IMG/VR virus record: IMGVR_UViG_3300013131_000188
Location: 1-28,815 of that record
Reading direction: 5' to 3' (one strand)
Length of the DNA: 28,815 nucleotides
Source of the DNA: a virus
Lineage: Duplodnaviria; Caudoviricetes
The notes under the pieces were generated by a model. That model made no database searches. It had not been told where the DNA came from and saw only the letters and a program-made list of their open reading frames with translations. Each line of letters opens with the position of its first letter. Positions within the stretch are counted from its first letter, which is position 1. Position numbers and translations under genes: made by a program. This document shows, one piece after another, positions 7,077 to 16,164 of this stretch.

Positions 7077-7508
7077 ATGCCACTGAATTTCCCCAATAAT
7101 CCCACAGCCAATGTAACAACATATACGTCGGGCAGTACCACATGGCTATGGACAGGGCTGGCCTGGGAAGCACAGCCAGCTAGTATAACCGCGACCACAG
7201 TGGGTTTGGAAAATGTTACCAATGAAAGCAAAGCTACCATGTTCGCTAACCCCACATTCACTGGCACGGTCAGTGGCATCACATCAGCCATGGTGGGACT
7301 GGGTAATGTTACCAATGAAAGCAAAGCCACTATGTTCACCAGTCCTACATTCACTGGTCCTGTACAATTAGCTGTTTATGCCACTACCATAGCAAGAGAT
7401 ACAGCAATTCCCAGCCCGACTCCAGGTATGATGATTTACGTGACTGGAACAGGAATGCAAGTCCGTGGTGCTACAAGCTGGAACACCATTGCCGGATCTA
7501 GTTCCTAA
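7077..7508 (+). CDS. Small virion or fibre-associated protein
   Basis: LNFPNNPT..Y......W.W N-terminus, two VGLxNVTNESKATMFxxPTFTG repeats (31-aa period), and an RDT..P.PGMMIY C-terminal motif. Confidence 0.75.
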   Translation: MPLNFPNNPTANVTTYTSGSTTWLWTGLAWEAQPASITATTVGLENVTNESKATMFANPTFTGTVSGITSAMVGLGNVTNESKATMFTSPTFTGPVQLAVYATTIARDTAIPSPTPGMMIYVTGTGMQVRGATSWNTIAGSSS

Positions 7509-7549
7509 TGATATTCCAGGGTAAGACCGTGATTGAATTAAATACTTTC

Positions 7550-7939
7550 ATGAAACGAATCATACTTTTATTTTCATTGGTTTTATTAACTGGTTGTACT
7601 ACCGTACAGAATTGGATTCCTAGCTTTTGGGATGATAATCAAAGTGCTAGAATCATTGATGTTAGATTACGAATAGATAGATTAGACTGCAAATCTGAAC
7701 AATTACCTCAGATCAAAGAAATACGTGATGATCTGCGTTGGTTTCAACTGTATTCAGAAAGCAAAGGTAAACTACAGAAAGATGTACTGAGATTAATAGG
7801 TCCTATGCAAGAAACAGTAGAAGACATGTTTAAACGAAACTCAGAAGGCAAAGGTTCGGCTACCTATTGCGAACTTAAAAAGAAAATCATGCAACAACAG
7901 GCTGATAGAGCAGCTGCCGGTATACTAGGGAGATGGTAA
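7550..7939 (+). CDS. Lipoprotein
   Basis: Start re-called to MKRIILLFSLVLLTGC (lipobox); TAAATA box 5 nt upstream. Confidence 0.75.
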   Translation: MKRIILLFSLVLLTGCTTVQNWIPSFWDDNQSARIIDVRLRIDRLDCKSEQLPQIKEIRDDLRWFQLYSESKGKLQKDVLRLIGPMQETVEDMFKRNSEGKGSATYCELKKKIMQQQADRAAAGILGRW

Positions 7940-7941
7940 GA

Positions 7942-8172
7942 ATGGAACAATTACAAGCATTAAGTACCTGTGGACGCCCGTGGGCTGAACAACGTGCTCA
8001 GATGGCTTTGGCAATCATGGAGCAGTATCAGGGCGGTGGACTAGACGAAAGCGAATATCAAGAGCTGATGAGAGATCTAATACGTTCAGACAGACTGAAT
8101 GAAGAAGCAGATGATATTGATATTAAAAATATTCTTGTTAGCTGCATCATGATAGGAGCTAAATTAGCTTAA
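7942..8172 (+). CDS. Hypothetical helical protein
   Basis: MEQLQALSTC...; GGGAG RBS; follows the lipoprotein. Confidence 0.65.
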   Translation: MEQLQALSTCGRPWAEQRAQMALAIMEQYQGGGLDESEYQELMRDLIRSDRLNEEADDIDIKNILVSCIMIGAKLA

Positions 8173-8210
8173 TTGCATGCCACCAGTAGTACAATGAAAG
8201 ACTATGATGA

Positions 8211-9140
8211 TTAAGACCAGTGTCCTGTAGATTTTTTTGATTGTTGTTCAACTACTTCCCATATCTTATCTGCCAAGTCTTCGGTACCATCATAGTGATG
8301 CCATTTGATAGTAAACCAATAATGTTGACTTTCGGACAAATGATTTGAAAGTCCCTCCCAATAGAAATCTTCAAAATCCCATGCTATACATATATTTTGT
8401 ATACTATTGATATTACCTTCTTCTGGAAGAATATCTTGATGATTGTTATGTTGTTGCCATAGATCATATAACATAAATTCACTGAAGTTTTTATTATTGG
8501 TAGGTTCGAGTTTTTTGTTTTCCTTAGTACCTTCATTTTTAAATTCGTAAAATCGCTCTATGTCATTCAGCAGGTCAGGAATTCCTCCCCAAAATTGCAA
8601 AAGTTCACGAACATGTTTTGGCTCCCAGGCTACAGGAGGCATGAGATTTCGAAACAGTTTACTTGAATTAATACCTTTCTGTTTACATAATATTTCTGTA
8701 CTAAGAAAGTGTTCGCAATCTTTTTTTATTTCCGTGCGTAAAGGCATTCTATGCATTAATGGGTGCCAGGGTTTGACTAACCAATTTTTGCTGTCTAGGA
8801 TCACGACAAAATCTCGATCAATTTCGTGGGCGAGCCAAAGTTTAAAGAATTGTTGTCTCCAATATCCGGGATATTGATTTATCAGATCGGAATGCGTAAG
8901 ATCCGTTTGATCTAAAACATGGACACGTAATTTTCCTGTACCAAGAGGCTGGATATACCTTTCGTACCAGGTATGCCAACTGGTAGTATCTCGCTCATTT
9001 ACAAAGATCCACCAATCTGTTGGAAGACACAATGCGATCATGCTGCGATATTGACGTTCAAAACACCAGCGATCCCTATTACAGGTTATTGTAAACACAC
9101 CGTGAGAAGGAACGGGTAAAGCAACAGCAGTTTTTAACAT
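8211..9140 (-). CDS. Glycosyltransferase-like protein (DUF6492-like, GT-A fold)
   Basis: GYWRQQFFKL...VVILDSKNWLVKP and FSEFMLY motifs. Confidence 0.55.
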   Translation of the reverse strand: MLKTAVALPVPSHGVFTITCNRDRWCFERQYRSMIALCLPTDWWIFVNERDTTSWHTWYERYIQPLGTGKLRVHVLDQTDLTHSDLINQYPGYWRQQFFKLWLAHEIDRDFVVILDSKNWLVKPWHPLMHRMPLRTEIKKDCEHFLSTEILCKQKGINSSKLFRNLMPPVAWEPKHVRELLQFWGGIPDLLNDIERFYEFKNEGTKENKKLEPTNNKNFSEFMLYDLWQQHNNHQDILPEEGNINSIQNICIAWDFEDFYWEGLSNHLSESQHYWFTIKWHHYDGTEDLADKIWEVVEQQSKKSTGHWS

Positions 9141-9144
9141 GATT

Positions 9145-9168
9145 TATTTATAACCGATAAATATTTGA
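9145..9168. promoter_or_regulatory. Back-to-back late promoter boxes
   Basis: TATAAATA on minus (9145-9152) and ATAAATA on plus (9157-9163). Confidence 0.7.
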
Positions 9169-9170
9169 CT

Positions 9171-9659
9171 ATGAGAATTTCTGAAATCCTAAACGAAAAT
9201 ATCTTTACCTGTGATTATCACAAGGTCATGGATGCTGTGGCCGCACTCTATCAAGAACATTATGACATTGACATTTGGAGTAATGCTCAAGCCCACGATG
9301 ATGCCGCAAAGGTTTTGATGAAAGAACACCCTACAGAAGACGAGCTCGACTTCATCATCGATACTTCAGAACTTCCGGAACGTTTTATTGAATTAGACTT
9401 TCCTCTCAACGACGAAATTATGTACGGTATTCAAAGTGATGAAACCGCAGTGGCAGAAGAACCAGCGAGTCGAGATTTGTGTACTTCAGGCAAACCCGAT
9501 TCTGCACTCGGAGCCAGTCAATTAGCTTCTTGTAAAAGTCAGGGGTATAGAAGTAGAGATGGTGGAAAAAGCCACAAAGTGGGTTCAGAAAGAATCAAAG
9601 TCCGCGGCAAACGTATTAAAGGAAAAAAATACGGCGGACCATTACCAGATTGGTCATGA
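9171..9659 (+). CDS. Hypothetical phage protein, acidic N-half and basic C-terminal module
   Basis: MRISEILNE start; C-terminal CTSGKPDSALGASQLASCKSQGYRSR...YGGPLPDWS. Confidence 0.7.
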   Translation: MRISEILNENIFTCDYHKVMDAVAALYQEHYDIDIWSNAQAHDDAAKVLMKEHPTEDELDFIIDTSELPERFIELDFPLNDEIMYGIQSDETAVAEEPASRDLCTSGKPDSALGASQLASCKSQGYRSRDGGKSHKVGSERIKVRGKRIKGKKYGGPLPDWS

Positions 9660-10219
9660 TACCTGATATCAACATTACAAATTTATTAATAGCGCCTCCA
9701 GCCATACCTGATCCAAGATTTAAAAATACTGTACTTATGGTGACACATAAGAACAGATCTGGAACATTTGCTCTATGTGCAAATAAACCAACAGGCTTTG
9801 GATTAGATGAAATCTTAGAAGATTCAAATTTAAACGTATCACATCCGCCAGCCATACCTGTATTTTGGGGAGGGCCTGTTAGTTCTAATAGTCTATGGAT
9901 GTTGCATTCGTCAGATTGGATCACTGAAAATTCTGTCAGTATTTCATCTGAATGGGCTATGACTTCTTCAAAAGAGATGTTTCATAATCTCACCGACGGG
10001 GATACACCAAAATATTTTAGAATATTGATGGGATATTGCGCTTGGAGTCCAAATCAGCTAGAAGGTGAACTGGGAGGATCTGCTCCTTGGAAAAAGGAAC
10101 ATAGTTGGCTTGTTGCCAGTAATTTAGGACCGGAGTGGTTGTTAGATCAAGATCACGAGGACCTATGGGCCAGTGCTACTACTCTGTGCTCGCACCAGGC
10201 TGTCGATAGTTGGCTTTAA
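9656..10219 (+). CDS. yqgE: YqgE/AlgH family protein
   Basis: LLIAPP.IPDPRF.NTV...N.P...VFWGGPV...LH...GYCAWSPNQLEGEL...W. Confidence 0.9.
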   Translation: MIPDINITNLLIAPPAIPDPRFKNTVLMVTHKNRSGTFALCANKPTGFGLDEILEDSNLNVSHPPAIPVFWGGPVSSNSLWMLHSSDWITENSVSISSEWAMTSSKEMFHNLTDGDTPKYFRILMGYCAWSPNQLEGELGGSAPWKKEHSWLVASNLGPEWLLDQDHEDLWASATTLCSHQAVDSWL

Positions 10220-10457
10220 TTTTTTCAGCAAATACCTGACATTCAACACAAAGTTGCACACCTGGAATAGCTTTCCTTCTAGCCTCAGGAACTTTTTCTC
10301 CGCAGTCTTGGCAAATTTTAGCCGAAGGTTGTTGGCGTTGTTGCGCCAACTTGTTTTGAACTTCGGCCAAAGCATCCATGTTCATTCGTAGGCTTTGTAT
10401 CTGCGCTAATTCTGCCTCTTCTTCGTTATTATATTCAAATTTATTTAGATCGCTCAT
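10179..10457 (-). CDS. TraR/DksA C4-type zinc-finger protein
   Basis: CQDCGEKVPEARRKAIPGVQLCVECQ; acidic N-terminal EEEAE. Confidence 0.9.
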   Translation of the reverse strand: MSDLNKFEYNNEEEAELAQIQSLRMNMDALAEVQNKLAQQRQQPSAKICQDCGEKVPEARRKAIPGVQLCVECQVFAEKIKANYRQPGASTE

Positions 10458-10720
10458 TTGTCTGATTCTTTGATAATAGTTAACACACCATTTCTATATT
10501 TTTTATACTTAGTCCAATTATCTTTGGTAGTGTCCCACACTGCCCATTTCAATAGAAACGACAGAATAATCGCGCCGCCCAACACGGCGATCCAGGGACC
10601 CCATTCTCCGCCTAGAGTCCATCCCACACCCTGTAGGAATGCTGCCAACATAAAAGCCCACTGCCAAAGTTGAAATTGCTGACATTGCCAAACAACAAAG
10701 TTCCAAAGTTCTCGCATCAT
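10454..10720 (-). CDS. Small membrane protein
   Basis: Two hydrophobic Trp-rich segments; ATGA overlap with the TraR-like gene. Confidence 0.7.
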   Translation of the reverse strand: MMRELWNFVVWQCQQFQLWQWAFMLAAFLQGVGWTLGGEWGPWIAVLGGAIILSFLLKWAVWDTTKDNWTKYKKYRNGVLTIIKESDK

Positions 10721-10735
10721 TCGTCCCAATCTGTT

Positions 10736-12055
10736 TTAGATTTTCTCCCCAACCTTAAAACCACGAAACCGCAAGAATCTTGGGAAACGGAGACTGTAGG
10801 ATCCATCTTGATTCTGGGTGATTGCATCTGCTCGCACTTCCACAACCTGTCCAGGTAGCGTATCACGTGAATCCCAATACTCGCTACGATCGCTATCGCT
10901 AAAACCGCTACCAACATTGACCTGTATCTCACGGCTGTTATCCACACCGCGGCAGATAATCGCACCAAGACGGCCCATATTCCTTCCTGTACCTTCTTCA
11001 ACATCTGTGATCTCCAATGATACTTCAATGAAAGGCTTGGCCTTGAGCCAATTTGTGCTGCGTTTACATTGATATTTGGCGTTAGGATCTTTGATCATTA
11101 TACCTTCATAGCCTGCTTCTACCATTTCTTTCATGTAGTCTTTGAATTCAACCTCATCTGTAAACACATCTAGATCGAATTCACGCTGGGGTACTATGTT
11201 GATAAATCCGCTGTCTGCGAAAATATTTTCAAAGTTCTTCAAGAATTCACTGCGTCGGCGTTGCGCCATCACAGATTGTCCTTGTTTGAATTCTACAAGC
11301 GGTATGATATCAAACAGATTAAGAACAGCATCGTTGGCACTAACATTTTCCTTTCTATGTACCTGTTTCATAAGGTCCTGGAAGGATGTACTCATTATCT
11401 CGCCATCTAAGACATATGATCTGCCAAATTCATCCATAAACCCTGCAAGATATTCTGTGATATGGCCAAAATTTTCTAAGACCTTGCCATTGCGTGTGTA
11501 TTGTATAACTGTGCGCTGCTCATAATCAATCACAGTAAGACATCTTACACCATCAAGTTTTGGTTCAACAATTTTTTTGCCTGTAAGTTTCTTTTCGTGA
11601 TCTGAGCTATCATGACTAAGTTGGCATTCAAACACCGGCACCGAATACTGAGACTTTTTTTGTTTTTTAGCAACAGTATTAACTGATTTTTCTGCAAACC
11701 CTGCTCGCATGTCTTTAATAAGTATACGGCGATAAAAATCATTCCATTGCGATTTAGTTGCAATTTCCATAGCTAGTTTAACAGCATCACGAGCAGCATG
11801 ACCGGTGAGCTCACGACGATATAATGATTCTGCTAACACTTTGAAGTTTTCCCAGCTCAGCCCCTGACCACTATCCTCTTCTTTGATTGGTACTTGCTTC
11901 ACACCAAACGTGTAGAGTTTATCTAGACACATACGAAGACCTTCAAAAAACTCGTTTAGTCCTTCGTTCATGGCCTCTGCAAGAATAGCCTCCTTAGCCA
12001 ATCGGCTGTTATCTGCTTCTAGGCGCTGGATAATGATTTCAGGTTGTGTTCTCAT
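10736..12055 (-). CDS. lig: ATP-dependent DNA ligase
   Basis: Motif I EPKLDGVRC, motif III LDGEI, motif IV EGIMIKD, motif V WLKAK, and OB-fold LRFPRF. Confidence 0.96.
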   Translation of the reverse strand: MRTQPEIIIQRLEADNSRLAKEAILAEAMNEGLNEFFEGLRMCLDKLYTFGVKQVPIKEEDSGQGLSWENFKVLAESLYRRELTGHAARDAVKLAMEIATKSQWNDFYRRILIKDMRAGFAEKSVNTVAKKQKKSQYSVPVFECQLSHDSSDHEKKLTGKKIVEPKLDGVRCLTVIDYEQRTVIQYTRNGKVLENFGHITEYLAGFMDEFGRSYVLDGEIMSTSFQDLMKQVHRKENVSANDAVLNLFDIIPLVEFKQGQSVMAQRRRSEFLKNFENIFADSGFINIVPQREFDLDVFTDEVEFKDYMKEMVEAGYEGIMIKDPNAKYQCKRSTNWLKAKPFIEVSLEITDVEEGTGRNMGRLGAIICRGVDNSREIQVNVGSGFSDSDRSEYWDSRDTLPGQVVEVRADAITQNQDGSYSLRFPRFLRFRGFKVGEKI

Positions 12056-12447
12056 ACGATTACATCTTTCTTAGTTTTACGACGATTGTTATAAACTTGA
12101 TAACTGTGGTGCTCACGTACCCAATCGGCAAAGTTCTGCGGATTACGAGTAAACCAGGCTTTGATCTCTTTTGGTCCTACTAATTCAGTGCTAGTGAACA
12201 CATAGATCTCATAGTGTCTATGAGCATTCATCTGTGCTCTAAGGACGAGATGTGTTAGCGGAAAACTAAAAGGCTTTTCAACTTTCTTGTTCTGTTTGAT
12301 GCTGTCGAACAAGTGATTCTTGGCCCAGTTGTCAGGATTATGTTCCGTGATCTCCTGAAAGAACTCTACGCCTTCACAGTCCCAACTAACGATATAATAA
12401 CGAGTACCAGATTCCATAGGAATTGATTCGTATTGATTTTCTAGCAT
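12052..12447 (-). CDS. Hypothetical phage protein (131 aa)
   Basis: Start re-called to MLENQY, with AGGAG RBS and a promoter at 12477-12505. Confidence 0.75.
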   Translation of the reverse strand: MLENQYESIPMESGTRYYIVSWDCEGVEFFQEITEHNPDNWAKNHLFDSIKQNKKVEKPFSFPLTHLVLRAQMNAHRHYEIYVFTSTELVGPKEIKAWFTRNPQNFADWVREHHSYQVYNNRRKTKKDVIV

Positions 12448-12476
12448 AGTTGCTCCTAAGCGTTCACTATGACAAT

Positions 12477-12505
12477 AGTATAACATTAAAGAAACAGATT
12501 GTCAA
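12477..12505 (-). promoter_or_regulatory. sigma70-type promoter
   Basis: TTGACA-N17-TATACT. Confidence 0.85.
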
Positions 12506-13530
12506 TCACTTTCTAATAGTTGATCCAAAATGTTAGAAGTTTTGAGCTTTTCCTCTTTTGGATTTAATATATTTTCCAATCTGCGCTGACAGAAACCCAA
12601 ATAGTCTAAGTCAATGTCCGTACCTATGCCATACATACCATTTTTAATCGCAGCCAAAATAGTAGTGCCCGTGCCAATGAATGGATCGTAGACCTTGCTG
12701 CCTTGGGCGATGCCCGAGAACTTGATGCACATGTCTGGCAGTTGTTCTGGGAATGTAGCAGGGTGTCCGCCACGCCCGCTTTCACGAGTACCTAGTTCTT
12801 CTTCACCTGCTTCTTTGGCTAGTTTGCTCACAGGAGTATATTGGATGTACCACGCATTGCCAATACATTTTTTTCGATCTGGATCCCAAGGCTTCTTAGC
12901 CTCATACTCTGCCATCAGCGTATTAAATTTGGTCCACAATTCGTCTGTGGCCCCTGCCTGGAAGTCTATCCAGGTTTTAAATCCTAATTTTTTAGCAGCC
13001 TTGCGACGATGTTCTGCGATGTGTCTGCTTTCACTGTATAGCTCTGGATATTTTTCGTGTGTGGTATTCCTATGCCCGATGGCTAGCCTATCTACTTTGA
13101 CCGTGCCGTCTTTGGTAAAATGAAAGATACTTTCTGTGGTAGCAGAAGCATAGCGATCTGAGCTGATAGGCTTGTAAATACCGTAGCTTTGATCGTTGAG
13201 TAGGATATGCTTGACCCAAGTAAAGTTATTTTGTAATACGAATTCTTGACGGAAGACCTGTGCCACATCCATGGATACCCAAGGATCGTTGTTTGAATAT
13301 CCTACATTGAGAAATAACTGCCCGTCATCTTTGAGCACACGTTTCATAGCCACAGCAACATCACGCATCCATTTGAGATAGCTTTCTCTAGGAAGATCGT
13401 CTTGATATTTGCCGTACTTGATGTCTAGATTATAAGGGGGAGAAGTTATGATGCATTCAATCGACTTCTCGGGCTGACTGTTCATCCATTCTATACAGTC
13501 TCTGTGAACAATTTCGTATCGTTGGTCCAT
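12502..13530 (-). CDS. DNA methyltransferase, beta class (N4-mC or N6-mA; SPPY suggests N4-mC)
   Basis: ITSPPY catalytic motif near the N-terminus, HPATFP, and SAM-binding DPFIGTGTT near the C-terminus. Confidence 0.93.
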   Translation of the reverse strand: MDQRYEIVHRDCIEWMNSQPEKSIECIITSPPYNLDIKYGKYQDDLPRESYLKWMRDVAVAMKRVLKDDGQLFLNVGYSNNDPWVSMDVAQVFRQEFVLQNNFTWVKHILLNDQSYGIYKPISSDRYASATTESIFHFTKDGTVKVDRLAIGHRNTTHEKYPELYSESRHIAEHRRKAAKKLGFKTWIDFQAGATDELWTKFNTLMAEYEAKKPWDPDRKKCIGNAWYIQYTPVSKLAKEAGEEELGTRESGRGGHPATFPEQLPDMCIKFSGIAQGSKVYDPFIGTGTTILAAIKNGMYGIGTDIDLDYLGFCQRRLENILNPKEEKLKTSNILDQLLESD

Positions 13531-14504
13531 TCTAGTAATCTTGCCTTTTCCGCTTTTTTGGGTTTGCCTGTAAACACAATATCGTATGCGTATTTATTAT
13601 ACAGGATTTCCATGGCCGTGTCAAGATTGACTTTGGATCCTTTAAAGAATTCAATCACATCCTTAACTCTGTCCAAACTAACATTAAAAGAACGACGACA
13701 ATCATAGTCCAATTTGAAAGCCATTTCGTTGCCTACTATGCGTTTATGATCGTTGAACTGCCCACCATAGACCAAATTGGCAAAGAACACAGGTTTATCA
13801 TTATACAAAACTTCTTTACCGCTTTGATGCCTCTTTTCAAAATACTCAGAAAAATGTTTTCCTTCTGTAGTTCCTTGATCGGTCTGCCCGGACCCTCCCA
13901 CGGCCGCTGTTCCGCCTTTGTATTTCATACACCAAACGATAACTACATTTTTCAATTCAGTGATAGCATCGACCGAACGATTTGTCTTATAACTCATTTC
14001 ACTGGCTGGACTGATCTTACCTGCTTTTTCATCTACAAACAGAGCACTAGGTCCTGTATCAGGCAACAGCAAAAATTCCTCAGGCTTGACACCAAAGTCG
14101 TTAACTAGGCGTAGCTTGCCTAATTTCTCTGTAGGCTTTGAACCGTCTGTGAATGGAAATTCTAATTGATTATCAATGTCCGAAATACCTTTGTTAGTAT
14201 CTTTCATTAAACGGTTAATAGCAATGCGTCGACTAGGTGTATCTTTGCCTAGAATATCGTCTAGATATTCCTGTTCTGCGAATCCTGCGAACGAAGCACT
14301 GCTTTTAAGCAAATTGCTAAGGCGAACATACATTTTTGCTTCTTCGCCTTTGAGCTTATTGCTGCCTTTTTTAAGAGCAGCTAAGAGATTTTTAGCAGTA
14401 TCCTTGGCCTGATTAAAACTGTTAGGACGGAATACAGTCTGTTGGAGTTTTTCAATATGATCAACTTCGTTTGGATTCATTAAAGAGAATTTTGTAAGTT
14501 TCAT
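13491..14504 (-). CDS. Putative type II restriction endonuclease-like protein
   Basis: 337 aa, overlaps the MTase start by 40 nt. SVD...x...WCMKY...GGSGQTDQ resembles a PD-(D/E)xK variant. The call rests mainly on context. Confidence 0.5.
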   Translation of the reverse strand: MKLTKFSLMNPNEVDHIEKLQQTVFRPNSFNQAKDTAKNLLAALKKGSNKLKGEEAKMYVRLSNLLKSSASFAGFAEQEYLDDILGKDTPSRRIAINRLMKDTNKGISDIDNQLEFPFTDGSKPTEKLGKLRLVNDFGVKPEEFLLLPDTGPSALFVDEKAGKISPASEMSYKTNRSVDAITELKNVVIVWCMKYKGGTAAVGGSGQTDQGTTEGKHFSEYFEKRHQSGKEVLYNDKPVFFANLVYGGQFNDHKRIVGNEMAFKLDYDCRRSFNVSLDRVKDVIEFFKGSKVNLDTAMEILYNKYAYDIVFTGKPKKAEKARLLEWTNDTKLFTETV

Positions 14505-14511
14505 AATTGAC

Positions 14512-14540
14512 AGTATAACAGGACCTTAAGGTCCTGTCAA
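14512..14540 (-). promoter_or_regulatory. sigma70 leaderless promoter with a 20-bp palindrome in the spacer
   Basis: TTGACA-N17-TATACT-N7-ATG; ACAGGACCTTAAGGTCCTGT at 14518-14537. Confidence 0.85.
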
Positions 14541-15067
14541 GTAATTTGGTATGCTATCCCCAAATAGTTTGCCCAACTCGAATGTTGCAAATGATAACCA
14601 CGTTGCTTACGTTTCTCTACCAAATCCCAAAAGTGAGGTTTGTAAGGTGTCTGTTTTGGTTTCATCTTACCGACATGAGCAGCTTTGCGATAATTGCAGA
14701 GCTTACAGGCTGTAGTAGAGTTTTCCCAAGTGGTTTTGCCGCCTTTGCTAACAGGCAGAACATGATCCAATGTCGCTGTTTGATCGTTGACTTCACAACC
14801 ACAGTATTGGCATGCGTATCTATCACGTAAGAAGATATTACGCTTTGATAGGCGCATGGTATTTTTTGGTTTTTGATATTCTTTCAGCAGCAAAATAGCT
14901 GGCACTTTGGTTTCCCAACGTGCAGATCTAACAATCCAGTCGTCATGCCACTCTAGCACTTCTGCTTTGTCCAAAACCATATAACGTATGGCTTCCTGCC
15001 AATCTACGATAGATAGCGGAAGTAAGCTGATTGGTTGCATGTCTGCATTTAATATTAATGTTGCCAT
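14537..15067 (-). CDS. HNH endonuclease (McrA-like, zinc-binding)
   Basis: LILNAD...RDRYACQYCG...TLDHVLPVSKGGKTTWEN..TACKLCN. Confidence 0.92.
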   Translation of the reverse strand: MATLILNADMQPISLLPLSIVDWQEAIRYMVLDKAEVLEWHDDWIVRSARWETKVPAILLLKEYQKPKNTMRLSKRNIFLRDRYACQYCGCEVNDQTATLDHVLPVSKGGKTTWENSTTACKLCNYRKAAHVGKMKPKQTPYKPHFWDLVEKRKQRGYHLQHSSWANYLGIAYQIT

Positions 15068-15112
15068 TTTTTTACTACAAAAAAGTATTTAACTTATGTT
15101 TGAAGACTCGTT

Positions 15113-15174
15113 ATTATATACTCAGATTAAGAAGAAATCAAGCACTTGTACATATAATTATTATACGCTATACT
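15113..15174. promoter_or_regulatory. Divergent sigma70 promoters for HNH (-) and clpP (+)
   Basis: Minus TTGATT-N17-TATAAT (15141-15113); plus TTGTAC-N17-TATACT (15146-15174). Confidence 0.65.
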
Positions 15175-15199
15175 TTAATTTTACAAACAAAGGAAGATA

Positions 15200-15790
15200 A
15201 TGGCCCTAGTACCAGTAGTTATTGAATCAACCAGCAAAGGCGAAAGAGCCTACGACATTTATAGTAGACTATTAAGAGAACGGATCATCATGTTGAACGG
15301 GCCTGTAGAAGACCACATGGCCAATCTTGTTGTAGCACAAATGCTGTTTCTCGAATCAGAAGATCCAAATAAAGAGATTAATCTGTTTATCAATTCCCCG
15401 GGAGGAGTTGTTACTGCCGGACTAAGCATATACGATACTATGCAGTTTATTCGATGCGACGTGGCTACCTATGTAATGGGCCAGGCCTGTTCAATGGGCA
15501 GTTTTCTAGCCCAATCTGGCACAGCAGGTAAACGTTTTATGCTGCCCAATGCTAGACACATGATCCATCAACCCAGTGGGGGTGCCAGAGGTATGGCATC
15601 AGATATTGAGATCTCTTACAAAGAAATCATGTACATCAAGAAACGTTTAACAGAACTATATGTTAAACATAATACCAAAGGTAAGACCTATGAAGAATTT
15701 GAGAGAGATATGGATAGAGATTTCTTTATGAGTTCAGAAGAAGCTCTTGATTATGGACTCGTAGACAAAATTATAGAGAAAAGACCATGA
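15200..15790 (+). CDS. clpP: ATP-dependent Clp protease proteolytic subunit
   Basis: LVPVVIE...[18 protein letters not shown], and the catalytic triad ACSMG / MIHQP / DRD. Confidence 0.97.
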   Translation: MALVPVVIESTSKGERAYDIYSRLLRERIIMLNGPVEDHMANLVVAQMLFLESEDPNKEINLFINSPGGVVTAGLSIYDTMQFIRCDVATYVMGQACSMGSFLAQSGTAGKRFMLPNARHMIHQPSGGARGMASDIEISYKEIMYIKKRLTELYVKHNTKGKTYEEFERDMDRDFFMSSEEALDYGLVDKIIEKRP

Positions 15791-16164
15791 ATTTACAAAC
15801 TAAAGGACAGGTAAAAAAAGGATGGGGATTCGAAATCGTTTTTGCAAACAACGACAAATATTGTGGAAAATTATTAGTCTTTGATAAAGTAGGTGCTAAA
15901 ACAAGTTTGGTGTTCCATAAGGACAAAGCCAAAAGTTGGTTCATAAACGCAGGAAAGTTTAAAATTAAATTTATCGATATCAGTACTGGGGAAGTCAAAG
16001 AAGTTATATTGGAAGAAGGAAAAACAGTCGACTTCGGTCCACTAAGTCCACATCAGATTGAAGCTCTGGAAGCTAATTCGATAATCTTTGAAGTGGGTAC
16101 TGCTGATTACATCGAAGATCGATTTAGACTTGCACCTGGTGATACACAGATTTCAGTGCCGTGA
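15787..16164 (+). CDS. Cupin-domain protein (mannose-6-phosphate-isomerase-like)
   Basis: [19 protein letters not shown]...SLVFH...PHQIEA...FEV. Confidence 0.75.
   Translation: MNLQTKGQVKKGWGFEIVFANNDKYCGKLLVFDKVGAKTSLVFHKDKAKSWFINAGKFKIKFIDISTGEVKEVILEEGKTVDFGPLSPHQIEALEANSIIFEVGTADYIEDRFRLAPGDTQISVP

Noticed and set aside
10717-11028. Alternate-frame 103-aa ORF with a hydrophobic stretch inside the ligase
   Set aside because: It lies within the conserved ligase OB domain, with no clear RBS or recognisable motif
16124-16164. Two convergent overlaps of identical 41-nt length (also 10179-10219)
   Set aside because: They share no sequence and overlap lengths are frame-constrained, so this is likely coincidence
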